Part shown: positions 24,857 through 38,340 of the stretch, one piece after another
Numbering within the stretch: the first letter of the stretch is position 1
Layout: each line of letters starts with the position of its first letter
Assembly (NCBI GenBank): GCA_977030845.1
Contig: OZ365114.1
Coordinates: forward strand, 20,894,001-20,958,000
DNA from: Fimbriosthenelais zetlandica
Lineage: Eukaryota
DNA length: 64,000 bases
Direction of reading: 5' to 3'
Notes under the pieces: model-generated
The model's input: only the letters and a program-made list of their open reading frames with translations
Databases searched by the model: none
What the model was told of the DNA's origin: nothing
Made by a program: the position numbers and the translations under genes

Positions 24857-25064
24857 CTTTCGGTGACAAAGTTATAATCTCCGGCTCGTAGTTTCCTCAC
24901 GTGGAATATAATTCTCTGACCAGGTAGAGCGAGGAAGGTATAAGCGCAGTAGAGCGGCGTGCCTGGGTCGTCATAGTAGATGCTAATGGGACGGAGAGTG
25001 GCAAGTCCCCGATTACCTCCAGCCTTGTCGGCACTTCGCGAGGTGATGTTACACACACCACGGT
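24857..25064 (-). CDS. CUB protein exon A (CUB1 N-half: DRGVCNITSR...LYCAYTFLALPGQRIIFHVRKL...TER)
   Basis: Acceptor ttttccatgttttacAG, donor AG|GTCAGT; 208 nt, phase 1 to 2; C-x-Y-x-F...PGQRI CUB pattern. Confidence 0.88.
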
Positions 25065-25789
25065 CTGTAAAACATGGAAAATGGCTTTGTTAGACATAGC
25101 CAGGCTAGGCCAGTGAGAATTGGTGGTGGCCAGTCAGTACTCACCACAAATTCTCCCACCACCCACAAAAAAATATATAGTAGTCTGTAGACCACTCAGT
25201 CACAAAACAGCACCGATAAAGAAAGGTGCCAGGTTCCAGGGTACACTTATGAACAAGTGTCAGAATGTTAACCTGCAGGAAAATGAAAAAATAAGTTTAG
25301 GAAAATAGTTGGACTTGCCAGATGTCAAAATTTACAGGTCAACTGGGTATGATTCTTCAGCCAGACACCCTCTTAAGTACAATGCTATTTGATGAAACCA
25401 GCAATTTGACCACATTCAGATGGCAGAAGACAAAACATTGTACTTGACTACATGAAGCAATTGGTGTTTTATTGAAGCCTACACTCAAAAATAATCAATT
25501 GCGTTTGATAACTGCCTGAATAAGGGCAAAAACTTCTAATCTTGTAGTTCTACTTTTTCCATGTGCAGAAGGCCATTCCCCTTTAGGGGTCCACTGTATG
25601 GACCTTTTTATTAAAGGATTGAGTGGGAACTGCTCTAGGAAAAAAGTCTAAATAGATTTTGCAGCAATGGGGCTATATTGGACTGGGTAAGCACACTATT
25701 CCCTGTGAATTATTGCAGGAGGGAGATAAGAAAACACATACACGTTATATCAATCATCTTGAGCCTTCTATGTACCAGATCTGTACACA

Positions 25790-25970
25790 TTGATATACTG
25801 ATATAACTCCCTACAATAACGATATTTGATGCCATGATCTGGCACTGCACTTTTCTCGGACTATAGAGCAGTTGACCAATATTGTCATATATGTCAGTCC
25901 CATAGTTATACACTCCAAGATTTCTAACGGATATATGAGCTATCTTTTGGGCAATATATGTACCTGTGCA
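25790..25970 (-). mobile_element. LINE RT fragment
   Basis: SVRNLGV motif in ORF 25710-25973. Confidence 0.45.
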
Positions 25971-26049
25971 CATATACCTCCGGTATATTTTCTGTCTTTC
26001 GCCCCATTAGTCAGTTATTGGGAAACACATTTCTCATCTCTTTCTTTCA

Positions 26050-26460
26050 AGAGCAACACATCTTCTTCAATTCAGCAGGTGACAGGAAGCCAACATCCTT
26101 CCTGTTGGGTAGATAGCGCATACACAAGGAAGAACACCTATGGTGTAGCAACTAACTGAGCGCTTTGTCCCTTGCCCAAGCACCACCCATCTATCCTGAC
26201 TAAGACAAGCCAGCCTCCTCTCCTTTGTCCTCCTCCTATTGGCGATCAATCGTTGCCTCTACGCCTTTATTTCTTTTGAGAGGGCCATTTCCCTCTCGGC
26301 CTCGGGTTGCACGGGCAACGAGTATCAGCTGCCCAGTAAAGTCAGTCGGAAAACAAGGATCGTGTAGGATGTAACAGGATCGATATGGGGGAGTAGCCAG
26401 GCTCTTGCCAGAAAGGCGTCTTGGTGGTAAACTTAGTCACTGCCCCAAGTAGGTGGGACG
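26050..26460 (-). mobile_element. Possible DIRS1-like RT N-terminal remnant
   Basis: Weak GY...P, FFLV and GCWLPV similarities across frames. Confidence 0.3.
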
Positions 26461-29379
26461 ACCTTGTTGGAGGCTGACATGTCTATGCTTTCATGAGGCT
26501 GAGGGCCTGACTGTCAGGCCTGGTTAGCCGGTGGTAAGGTATATCGGCTGACCAAGTGACACATCAGATTGCCTTGTTTTAGTGCTGACAGCTTGTAATC
26601 ACCAAGATGCCATGACCCAGGCCCTCTCGTCTCCTCATCTGTTTAGAGGGCAGCGCATCACATTCATCACTAAAACCTCTAAATCAAATCCCCTCAATGA
26701 CTAGATCCCTCTCTTCCACCTGCATGTACAATCAGCCTGCAGACCCAAAGGTAGGGAGGAAGAAACTCCGGTATTCGCAATTCAGGGTCTGTATTCAGTC
26801 TGTCCACCTAGTGACCACATTATACTTGTACATACACAATTCATTACTCTTCACGACTAAGCAGTTCATGCATTGTGAATCCACGAGAAGGTCCAAGCCA
26901 TCTTAACCTACAAGGTTCTCAGTGATAAATGGGACATTGATGAGGAAAGATTGGGTGGATATCAATTGGTTCAACATGTGAATAAAACATGATGAATTAG
27001 CGGGTTTCATAGGGTAGAGCTTCGCCTTAGAAACCTGTATCAGTTGATCCAAGAGAGGGTATGCCTGTTATAAGAAAGACATTACCCATCCACTTGCATT
27101 ACAATCTGATTGGTCTTCCAATGGACATGATGTACTATTGAATGATGACGAAGTAGAAAATTAGTTCCCCAAGGTTTTTTTTAACACTTGATGATGCTTA
27201 GTCGAACATGTTGATCATGGTGAAAAGCTTCTATTTGGAAATCCGATCCTAATAGCTTTTATTCCTTGGCAGCCATTATTAGTGAGAGCTTCATCCGAAA
27301 AAAACAGTTGGAAGTAAGAATTCTATCAATGAGTTAAGCTTTGGAGCAAGAGAACACCCTTTGTTCGGGTTAAATTGCTGCCAGGAAAAAAATCCTCTTT
27401 TGATACATCATATTTTACAGATGGGTTGTCCCAAAGGGAAGTTTGATGGCTCAACAATTTGGGTGCAATCAAGGAAGAAAGGCCTCAGCAAACAGTATTC
27501 AATTCCCGGTACCAAAGCAAATGAATTCTCTTCTTACTTAAAACAGCATGCCCTGGGCCCATAGAAAAACAGGGCTGGAACAATCCATTCTGAGTGGAAA
27601 AACTGATGGCGAACCTCACTCAAGAGGACGATATTCATTATAAATCCTCACATAAAATGCTGGTAAAGAACTGGCGTCTGAGGCAGCATTAGGTTGTGGA
27701 GAATATATGTATGCTGAAGTCGTTAATTGTGTACTAAGAGATAGGTAAAGCTTAAAAAGAGCAGCTGTGTTTGTGGTTCTATGATCACTGCTGTCTGAGG
27801 CGTTTACAAATGAGTGAAGGAATGCACTCATCATGGTGTCTGTGGCGTATACTGCTCTTTACTGTCAGTATATATAGAGTGGTCAGAATGGCTGTTGCCG
27901 ATGGGTGTGAACACTGCCTGTGAAGGATGGCCAGGGCTGAACCTGGGATCATGCAAATCAATGAAAGTGACAGAAAGGAGAAATACCCTAATCCATCACC
28001 TGCTTAATTCATGATTCTATCCTAGGCCAAAAACAAAGGACGTTGTGTTTCTGGCATTTCTCAGGAATGTCTGGGTCCTCATTTTTCTCATCACCGATGG
28101 AATTGGTTTGAAAGTTTTCATCTTCCATTGATGCAATTTCAGGAAAAAGCGGAAACATCTGGCTTTTTAGGGGGCAGACAATATGGATAGCAATGTGGAT
28201 AGCATTCTTGCTCTTAAAGGGACTGATTATTATAACAAAGTCAGAGAACTGAATTAAGAATCATCAAATATTAATACGATGGTCTTTTATTCGCAACCAA
28301 ATGGTTGTCTCCATCTTCTTTTGGTCGCATCTCATTTTGCAGTACACGTCCACCTATTGTCCAAGGTGCCCCGTGCACCATTATCTCAACTTCCTACTGG
28401 AGAATAGTGGATCAACTGGGGCCCAGGCCATGACTGGTTAGTGTGTCAGGGAAGAAGGGGAAGTGGGGATATAGTGAGGAAGGATTACACTGGGTCACTG
28501 AATCTTTCATCGCCCTCCCAAGCTTGCCATCGCTGAGCCTGATGGCACCCAAGGGCCTATCACAGCCCAGCGGGAACATGACGGCAACCACCGTCAAGTC
28601 AAGGACCGTGGTGCGAGATTTATAAATTGTGTATAAAGGGAGGATGAGTAATCTACAATTCTCCTTTCACAGAATCATTTCCCTGTGTCTATAGATGGTA
28701 TGCTTGCCTTGTGTGGTCTAGGGAAATCATAAAATGCATAGCAAATACTGGCTAGCCAGCAATTTGGGGGTATATTAGATAATTCAACCGAGACTCATCA
28801 TCTTTGGAATTGTATAATTCGGGCCGGTGCTTTGGCTGCCAGCATCAGCTTATGACGATTATTTATATAAAAAAAAAATGGTATGGTCTTTGTTATGGCA
28901 GGGCATACAGATATAACAGACATTTTTATTTGGTGTTCAATTGTTACAGTGCAATGTCATTCTGTGACCTTTAAGGAGTTTGTCAAGTCCCACACTTTTA
29001 CATATAATCATATCCAATGAGTAACTTGGAAAAGAGGAAGGCCACCCATGGGGAAAGGTGGATCATCTGTTCAAACTAAACATTAGCCTCAAAGGTGGAT
29101 TAATGGGGGAGACGTTGTCAGCTTCAGAGGCGCAGCAGGTCCAGCTGGGGCCAGGCGGGATAGCATAGTTAGTGTTTCTACTCGGAGATGGCATCAGACA
29201 GAGGAGGCCCAAATCCCACTGAGCAAATGCCAAGCAGAAAAACTATTGTGGAGATGCATTTCAGCCTGGTGAGCACAAGCCTGGTTAGAGGAAGGTCCTT
29301 GTGGACCTTGAGCACAGGTGGTGGTGCAGTCCAGTCAGTTGCGATCCAATTGACATGATCGGGTTTGGAAGAGAATAGT

Positions 29380-29720
29380 GAGGATTTATACCAGTTGCCC
29401 CTAGGGGTTCAGTGGTGGCCTCACTAACAGGGTCTGAGACTGACCAGCCGAGGGTCCGGCTGGGTGAACGATAATAGGCAAATCAGACGCCTGCAGTGTG
29501 TCTGGCCAGATTGATGGATTCACGATAAAAAGGAACACTGTGATTGAATTCTTCCATTCACTGAAGTGTGATGGACCATCTCGCCCAGTGGGACTCTGCA
29601 TCCATGCAGCTATTTATTTCCAACTATATTAATCCAAGGCTGCGGAGGCTCTAACAGTCAGGGGGTGTGGAAACTGTGTTGGTATAAGCTGTTCAGTCTG
29701 GCTATACCATTTATGACACA
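29380..29720 (+). mobile_element. DIRS1-like RNase H remnant
   Basis: VQWW, SDAC (cf. TDAS) and NYIN motifs in the expected order across frameshifts. Confidence 0.4.
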
Positions 29721-30089
29721 GGAGTATAGGGTGTATCCACCAAAACCATATATTGCTAAAAGTAGTATTTAGTTTACTGTGGTTGCTTGTAGACCATATG
29801 ATAGGCCTACTGATCTGGCTGTGTGTAACCCTATATCACTGAATCTAAAACACGGTCCATATATCTCATAACCATATTCCGCTTTTACTTCAAGGCTTCC
29901 TTATCCAGAGCAGTTCCCCTCCCTGTAGGTGAAGGTCATTCATCAAATCATCATGACTAGATAGTAGATTCAACTCTTTTTTCAATAAAAGAAAAAGTGA
30001 GTAGAGAATACCTTCATTGGGAATTGGCCTCTGATTGCTTTATATTGGAAACTATATGGCAAAGTTTCATAGGGGACTTCACACTTCAA

Positions 30090-30290
30090 ACTCGATTAAG
30101 ACTTACAAAAGTCCCATAAAAGAAGGTTATTGCTTTGTAAAGTTTGTTAAGAATATGATGTGGAACAATCACTCCCTTGTTACTTAATACTTTGCCTACT
30201 GACATTATCACATCATTCACAAATCCCTTCTGGATGACATAAGGCCAATTCATTACAGATTGTCCTGACGCGTGGCATAAACTCATTACA
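30090..30290 (-). mobile_element. LINE RT C-terminal fragment
   Basis: VPHHILNKLYKAI..FYG resembles P..IL..LY...I.P...YG. Confidence 0.45.
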
Positions 30291-30589
30291 GGGACAACAG
30301 CAGGGAAATTGTGTCAACTCAGCTCAAAGAGCAAACAATTAACGCCATGACGCTTTATATAAAGATAATTAAGACAAAGTTAATAACCAGGCAGAACTCC
30401 AGAAGCTTCCCAACTTCATAAATCACTTGGTTTTAGTAGCATTTCCGAACATTTCAGTCTCTTTCCTTAATTAAGAGCAAATATTACACTTTAGGCAACG
30501 AATAGAATTGATAACTAGCACTAGGTTCTAATAGATACAGGGCTTTAACAAAGGCCTGAGGCTATTAATCATGCTCTTGATGGAGTTTC

Positions 30590-30780
30590 CTAACTATAAT
30601 AACATGTAGTAAAAAGATTGAGAAGGCAGAAGGGAAGGCAGCCATAGACTGTCCCACGACAGACGCGGAGACAAAGATTAATGATCGATCATTATGTGAA
30701 GTATAGTACCCGGCATATTTTATCCAGTATGCAACATCAATTTTTATGGTGCACCATGAGGAAATTTGAACCCACATTCA
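30590..30780 (-). mobile_element. Ty3/Gypsy RT fragment
   Basis: KIDVAYW...FPSAFSIF resembles KLD....W...PFG..SA..F. Confidence 0.4.
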
Positions 30781-31049
30781 GTGTTTGAGACTATAAATTA
30801 GGTCCTGCCAATAGAACCCTGATCTGAATGGCTATTAATCCCCTGTGCCATGTCCTGCTAAGCCTTATAGGATTATCTGGGTATGCAACAGCTTTGTCTG
30901 ATCCAAGAAAAGCTCTCTATAGAAAAAGGCCTTCTCATCATGGCGGTAAAAACACCATACATTTACAAGCATGGAAATTGGCTTAGGGCACCGCCAATGT
31001 TGTGGAAATGCCCTATCAGGGCACAAAATCTGGGGAAATATTCCATCCA

Positions 31050-31260
31050 TCATGTTATAGTGTTGTTACAGCTATGGGGGCTCGCAACCACACATCCAAG
31101 TAGCCCAGGAATCTTAAAGGCAAATGACGCAGAGTCGAGTAAGACTGGGCTCTTTACGTTATCCATCTCTTTCTGCATCTTTCTCTTCATCAGTGATGGC
31201 AGGCTCACAAAGAAGCCCTCCCACAGGAGGGACTGACTATGTTTGATTAACGGTGACAAA
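31050..31260 (-). mobile_element. Ty3/Gypsy RT fragment
   Basis: SLPSLMKRKMQKEMDNVKSPVLLD resembles SAPE.FQRKM...G...++DD. Confidence 0.35.
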
Positions 31261-34200
31261 TTAAGGTTAAGCGTGGGCTGATATCTGCTGCTGGAGACAT
31301 TGTACTGGGTGCTAAGTCTCAATCATTCAGTAAGTGTTGTCTATGGCTCTGTTTAGGCATTCCCCTCCCACGGACAATGACATTGTTTCACAGTGCACTT
31401 GAATGCTCGTCTGACTGACATAATACTGTACACATTGAAAGTTCACAGGTTGTCAGTCATCTACAGGTTTGCCATACTTGCCTGAACTTTTGATTGACAT
31501 TTGTCAGTATAATTATTATTTCGGCTCTTTAGATCAAGCAGCTCTGTTTGCTAACTTCACTGCTGTATCTACGCACATATTTTAGCGTGATGACAAGAGG
31601 AAGCTAAGTAGCATGGATGATTTAGCTGCAAAAATAAATATTCTATCAGTGTGACGAATGGTTCCCCTAAATTGTCCTAATTGGAAGGTGTGTGGAGTGA
31701 GGGGCGTTTTCATTAGAAGCTGTTGGCATGAGGTCACCCATTGCTACTACACACGACCATATCTCCCCCTTCAACTGCCGTCAGTCCATCCACAGTCCAT
31801 CAAGTCAGGATCCATCTTAATCCGTCTCTGATGGGCGTTGCTGGCGAAGCTATCTCCCGCCCCCAATAATTACACTGATAACACCCTACTTGAAGGCACT
31901 ATCTCTCACTCAGCACTACTGTACGAGCCTTCGCCGCACCGGAACTCAGACATCAGCCTTTGTTACCACAAATATTCACCCAAAGCCCGCGCCGAGTCAA
32001 TGGAAAAATGCCCCAGTCTTACTGCAACATGTGCCTTAAGATAGAAAGACTCATTACAGGTCTATATGACTGAGTAGGCCGCATCCTTCCCTCCTTTCCT
32101 TTTGTGTAAGTTTGTTATTCAGTACTAAGAGACTTTTATTAAGACAGAAACTTTCCTGTGAACCATGAATTACTCTCCTAATCAGGCACTGATAGAGTAG
32201 GCCAGGCTCAACATGGATGGCCATAGTACGTAAGCCATCCTTTTCAAGAAATATTTCATTGTGGTGTCAACCTGTACAAGTGCTACAGCTTCGTTAAGAA
32301 ATGCTGTTTTTTGCCAGGCGATCCCTCAATTTGTTCTCTACCGGTGTATGGCTTCATGGTAGTGGTGTACATGCAGCAGGTTTACATGCTGTGCCCGGTC
32401 ATTACACCTAACAATTTTAACCTGCTTTGTTCAATATCCCAAATTAATTTTTAATGTCGACAAACATCACGTATAGAGTTAGAAATTAAGACTTTTCCTC
32501 TGAAATATGAAGAGTTGCATCCTCATTCTCAACTTGTATCACGGCACATTTCGAATTGCCTCAGCCATACCTTCCCGGTCTGATTTTACTGCATTAATAC
32601 TTTAAGCTTGTCCTCTCATTAATAAATACAAATTGGTGACAGTCCTTATTTTGCTGTTCCTGTCAGTCGAATTCCTTTCCATCTCATCAAATCTTTAGTT
32701 TTTTTCTTTCTTTTTCTGCTGCTTTTCATTTCGCCACAGCAAATGCCTTAATCTTTAACATTCGTGACTGATTCCCTATTGTGTGGTGCTTTGTTGCCCA
32801 TTGAATAAAGTAGAATGTAAACTTTATAGTTCAATTTAAAACAATCTTGAGTGTATATTTAGCAAGTTATACATACCCTAGGGGGATTTCCTTTCACAGA
32901 TTTTAAGAAGGAATTGTGTGGAACTGATCCTCCAGATTAGACAGACCAGTGGACTTGTCAACCTTTATGGTCCACATTAGCCCGGGAAGGAGGAGCATCT
33001 CTTAATAGCTCTCTTCTTCTGATGAGGCTCACTGCAATGGGATTAGAGCAGCAATCGATTCCAATCAATCGATGTGGCCACTTGACGAATCAATTTCACA
33101 CACCAGTGGTCGCGCCAACTCGCCTCTTACTCAGATTCCTCGACACATCACCCACCGTTGTGATGTAACAATAGCTTACCATCATCACTTCCTGCTTTAT
33201 GACGTAACTAAGTGGAGAAATGATGTGGATGTGCTATTTAAGGTTATCCACTCATGTGGATGACCTTAACTCGGGCATCAAGACTGTTTAATATTCCCTG
33301 AATGCTGGGAGAAATTACCGTGTTTAAAAAAACCTAAATGGGCTATAAGATGTGCCTGGTAGAAAATCACACTCTGGAGTGAATTTCTGTGGCCCTTCTG
33401 TATATGACCAGATAAGGGTATTTATAAGTGGTCTTCAGTCTTCTTTCCTGGTGTTGCTTGTCAACCCATGCAATGTCATTAATCAACATTACCTTACTAA
33501 ACACTGAAATATTCATAAGCCAAAATTATTTAAAAGCTGCTCCATAATGTCAGCCATTATGGCTACAAGAGTGTGTCTGGTTTCTTAGCATAGACTGTCA
33601 CTTAATGAGAGTTCACTTCCTTGCAGCTTTCTTTCGTCAGTGTTGAGCAGATTTCGTTCATAATTAAAGGAAGGAAAACGGGAAAGGTTTCACAATGTAT
33701 CGAAGTCGTACAACCGCTTCCTACATCCATCAACGTCATTCACCTTAAGCCAGGAAAAAAACTTGACATTACCCATTACACGAGAGGAACTACTTGTTTA
33801 CTGGACCTGTAGAAGAACTATAAATTTTCATTGCGGTTGTAACCATTTGACCTCTCTATTTGAACTCCTCAGCTCTTCACCCACTTCTATTACTGAAAAC
33901 CTTGTGATGAGGTCTGCAGTGGCAGTTTGTTCATTCAGAGACCAAGCTGAGGATAAATAATGCAAAAGCTTCCCTTGTGTGGCTTGAGCTCTTAATACAC
34001 ATTGAAATCAACCGACCAATCAGGGATAGACTTAGAGCAGGGGTGCTTTAAATGGTCATTCCCGGTGCTTGTGCTGCACGATTCACTAAAGGAATCTCTG
34101 TATTGTGAACGATTTTCGATTCTATATTGCCGCAGACCTCAGAACATTCAATGAATATTATCAAGCAGTATAGAAACAACTGATGTTAAATATTTCCCGG

Positions 34201-34889
34201 CCAACTCCGTGTCCCTTGTCTAAGGCGAGATATTCGTAGTCAGATTTTTCCCTTTATTATCTCTCCAGATGCCTAGTACCAGTTACAAAGGGAGTCCTTC
34301 TCTAGCACACATGAATAAGATTCAGACGACAGATAAATGTAATGAATCTATAAGGAACCTTAATGAAGTCTCATCAACGGAAAAGAATATCAGGACAAAG
34401 TGGTCAATGAAACACAAGACACATCTGAGTCAAATCAAAGGCAAATGTTTAAAAGAAGGCACTTACAGGATAGTAACATGAGCCATGACATCAATAGAAT
34501 ATTACACAGGGAATTACTCCTCAATCCAGAAGCCTAGGGAACGGCAGCGCTGTTGAACCTCTCTACCCCTTAATAGATTCTACTTGGAAGACTTCTCATT
34601 TGATGCTCCCAGAGTGTCTCATACTTCAAGGAAAAGGGAAAACCATATACACTTATGGTTCATAATATTGAAGATGAGCAGCGCCAAAACGTTCAAGAAG
34701 CGACTATAACGTCCTAACTCCAGGGAGCGAGTAGAAGATGAGCCGTAGGTTGGTCATGCTCAAGGCAAAGACTTGAGACCTCAAGTCATGAATACAAACT
34801 GTTCTATAGAGACAGACATCCCCTCCCTGCGCAGCATCAAAGCTAACTCTCCACTTTACAAAAAATACCTTTCCCGACCATGGATGTCT

Positions 34890-35080
34890 ACAATATTTTG
34901 AGGCTTTGACGATCTATAGTTATACCTCCTATTTTGGTTTCGGGAAAACGATGTAACATCAGGAATATTTGAGATTTTACATCAGGCCACCCCTTGGTGC
35001 AAATTTGACCAAGCTTGCATATTGATGGCAACCCAATGAGGCCACTGTAACAACTGGCTAACCAATAATACTGATTGGAT
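34890..35080 (-). mobile_element. Ty3/Gypsy pol fragment (upstream of the integrase zinc finger)
   Basis: ICKLGQICTKGWPDVKSQI matches the conserved L...I..GWP motif. Confidence 0.55.
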
Positions 35081-36329
35081 CGAGGGGGGCTGCATGGCAC
35101 GTCCACATTTATTGGATAGAGCTCTTCACTCTATTCTTCACCATCGCACCTTATCGGGACAACTCAGAGGCCAACAGTTTCCGATATGGTTCAGATCTAT
35201 TTTTTTATTTTTTATTTCTGGTCCCTTTTGTTACTTTTGGTATTTGGATGTTTGTCATCTCCGGAAATTTTATCAGAGACTCAGGATACAGACTAAATTA
35301 TATTACAAATCTTACCCCTCCCCCCCCCCCCACTCAAACCACCACCCTGTCTGAGAATTTTAGAATGCTGACGCAGCCAATATGTCATTCCGCAGGGAAG
35401 TCAAAGACCTTTCCTCAGACCTACACCCAAGTGACATTTTCATCGGCATCCCACACTCGCCGCACTTCCACAGCGACATACATCTGACCCGGAAATACTT
35501 AACCCCAGGCTATCCTCTCGCGTGAGATCATGTGCTGCACGTGATGAGGCTAATCAGTGAGATCTTTCTGACCATTAGTCTTTGACTGTGGGTGTTTGCG
35601 AGAAGCTTATGGACACAGCAGATGTGGGATAAAAATAAGTAGGCTATGGAGTGGGATGAAGTCCTCCCTCCAATAGGAACATTAGGAGATCATCTGGGGT
35701 GCTTTGACTTTGATCTTGGAGTTCTTCTACGATCAAGATTGACGACTTAAACCAAATTTCTCCTCCAAGACCATGGTGTAATTGTCTCCTTGTTTTAATG
35801 AGTTATGAATACTGTCTTTTATTGTGGTTACTCAGTCAAAGATATGTGGCTAGAGATATCGAGCTGCAGCTGCAGACTATTGTCCTGGCCGTATGTCTGG
35901 ACAACACATACAAACCCCTGGAGAGTCCTTATAATACAGAGGTCCTCCCGCCAACTGGGGCCAACAGAAGACACTGCCTCCACTGAACTCTCTTGTCAGA
36001 GCCTTCCGAAAAGCAACACAGGGTTTCCGACCAGCAGTGGTATACTCGAATCACATACTCATATGGAAATCGATTCACCCTGCTACAATGGAGGCAAGGT
36101 CAATCTGGACGGGCGCCTATTGTCACACAGGGGTATTATTTATAGTCCCCCTCTCTTTGGCAGCATAATATTAATATATCGGACTGGTGCAAGCCATCTC
36201 TGCACCAGTCTAACATTAAAGAAACCACCTATTACTCAGTGCACAGTTGCTTTTGCAACTAGAGCCTCCTAGCAACAATAGGCTCGGCGGTCTTTCTCCT
36301 ATCAGCCTAGCATGTCCGAGTACATCAAG

Positions 36330-36520
36330 TCCTGATGCTAGCCAGGCATTGGCCCTCCACCCTGGCCAGTTGACCCATGGAGCTAGAGCGACCCAGCCTG
36401 GATGCCATTAAGATATTTTATGTATTTCGTTCCCGGATCTAAATACTAGATGGATGCCTGGAAAACACTGGGCTTATAGCCTAAGCCTTTCCCTCATGTC
36501 CTAACCCCAGCTGTAGCCCA
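36330..36520 (+). mobile_element. DIRS1-like methylase-like domain remnant
   Basis: LALHP, P.LDA, FRSR and GLIA*AFP (cf. YAFPP) motifs in order. Confidence 0.45.
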
Positions 36521-37359
36521 CATCGGGCCCTCCCTGCCTCTGTATCACTGCCTCCCTGTGGAAATATCCATCCCCCACTGCCACCGACGATTGTTTGACA
36601 ATCTTAATTGAGATCGCTGCAAAATATGTAGCACAGCAAATATCTTATTTTCTCGGCACTTTTGTTTTATTTACTGATAAAGTGCCAATATTTGGGGTGG
36701 GTACACATGGAGAATACCCATATGTTCCTCCCTACTGTATGAAAGGATCGATAAAGTATTTCTATAGCTGATGCCTCTACATATAGTGTGCTGTTGCCCA
36801 TGATAGTAGAACAGTGATAGCATATATTGATATTGGACAGTTCAACACCCTTTTCACTGCCCATACCACTTTTTGATGGGATCAATATTGGGTATATTGT
36901 TGCCATTACCCACTCCACGACGTCCCACCCTTGAGCAAAGTTCAAACATAAAAATGAGATGCTCAGCCACGAACTTACACAAAGATTGAAGACGGAGCAC
37001 TGCCTTAGATCATCGGTCAGGTAATTGCCTCATGATATGTAAGGAAGTGATGTTCATCATTGAAAATGCATCATTTGAAGATCATCTGTCATCTTACTAT
37101 GACAACATTCATATTCCACTTGCAATCCAAATATATTTTTTATAAGTTCTTTCTATATGTCTAGCCCCAGTGCGGGGCCTCTGGTGCGCGTCTTTGGATC
37201 TGATAGTGAGGTGTCACTGGGGTCAGAACTGAGGACGGACCTGATAAGGAGGAGGTCACTGGGGTCAGCTCTGGGCCTGTGGGCTGCTGGCTATGAGGTG
37301 ACCAAGTCTCACTGACCAGGACAAAAGTCATCGACTGATGAATTAACCAGACCTGTTCA

Positions 37360-37680
37360 TTTAGACCTTCAAAGGTTGACAAAGAAGATGAAAAGCATTC
37401 ACCATTATTGCCGAGTTCGGGGAACTTTGAGGGAAGTATTTTCCCTATTCTGGGAGGACGCCATTGATCTAAGATCTTTGATCTATGAGGCACAAAAGAC
37501 CTTATTGGATCCACAACCTCTTCCCTCTTCCTTGCAAAGTGCACTATCGGTATAGGAGACATATGAGAATGGATGATGATATGAAGGAATGTTGGGGGTG
37601 CACAGCATACACAAAACTCGCTAACTATGGCAAACTCCCGAACTTCTCTCCGGTTGCAACTTAACTTGCCGCCCTTTGAA
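37360..37680 (+). mobile_element. Possible Ty3/Gypsy integrase zinc-finger remnant
   Basis: FWED..DL...LPSSLQ followed, after a frameshift, by MDDDMKECWGC. Confidence 0.4.
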
Positions 37681-37989
37681 GTAGTCCCTTCATTGTAGGT
37701 TATCCGGCAGTGATGTTTTGCCTTCCTTTGATCTATCGATACATGGTGCAGATTTATTAATGAAATCATAAATAAATATGGCATATACTAATTCATATTC
37801 ATATGGTATATACTAAGATGAATGTTGATGTCAGGTTTGGCAATACAACTAACTGCACCAACAAATTAATTCAGAGGGAAAAAGTGTATAACTTGAACAT
37901 AAGTTGTAACCTTTACCAGTATAAATCAGGGCCTCGGTGTAAAGTGTAAGAGTTGAGATGTTAACATAAAAGAAAATAGCCTATTTGTA

Positions 37990-38340
37990 TAGACACTTAA
38001 AGCGATTGCTGAATCAATCAAAAGGACAATACGTCTTCATTTAACATAAGTTATGGCAAAGGTCAGAGCTTTGGGACTGGCCTATAATTGATTGGTCTGG
38101 CATTAGAGTTGAGTTTGTTTTGCCACCATAATTAACTCAGTATAAATATCATCTCTCATCATAAGTCACCAAGAGAGTCTCCTCTATCACATCTAAAACA
38201 TTCATAAAACTGCTGGAAACCAGGAAAAGCAAACTATTAAATGACGAAGGATATCCGATATAGAGTCACCCAATACATCCCAAAACAAGGGAACATGGAT
38301 TCCACGTAATACACGCCCGGGTCCAGATCAATGCATGTCA
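37990..38340 (-). mobile_element. LINE RT N-terminal fragment
   Basis: TCIDLDP, FPAVL and NYRPV motifs in order. Confidence 0.6.

Larger units (their letters stand above)
8485..25064 (-). other. Gene span: triple-CUB-domain extracellular protein, 7 coding exons seen (about 446 aa), 5' end unresolved
   Basis: All six introns are GT-AG with consistent phases (phase 2 inside each CUB, phase 1 between modules); CUB motifs occur in six exons. Confidence 0.85.

Noticed and set aside
27616-27834. ALFKLYLSL resembling a DIRS tyrosine recombinase
   Set aside because: The catalytic R-H-R-Y context is not visible; too weak to call.
34269-34481. ORF preceded by a strong polypyrimidine acceptor
   Set aside because: No convincing donor, partner exon or domain similarity.
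35805-36272. 155-aa plus-strand ORF
   Set aside because: No coherent domain; only a faint integrase-like C..C/PW pattern among TE fragments.
37161-37784. 207-aa minus-strand ORF
   Set aside because: No recognisable domain or splice context; the opposite strand carries Gypsy-integrase-like motifs, so it is probably a shadow ORF.
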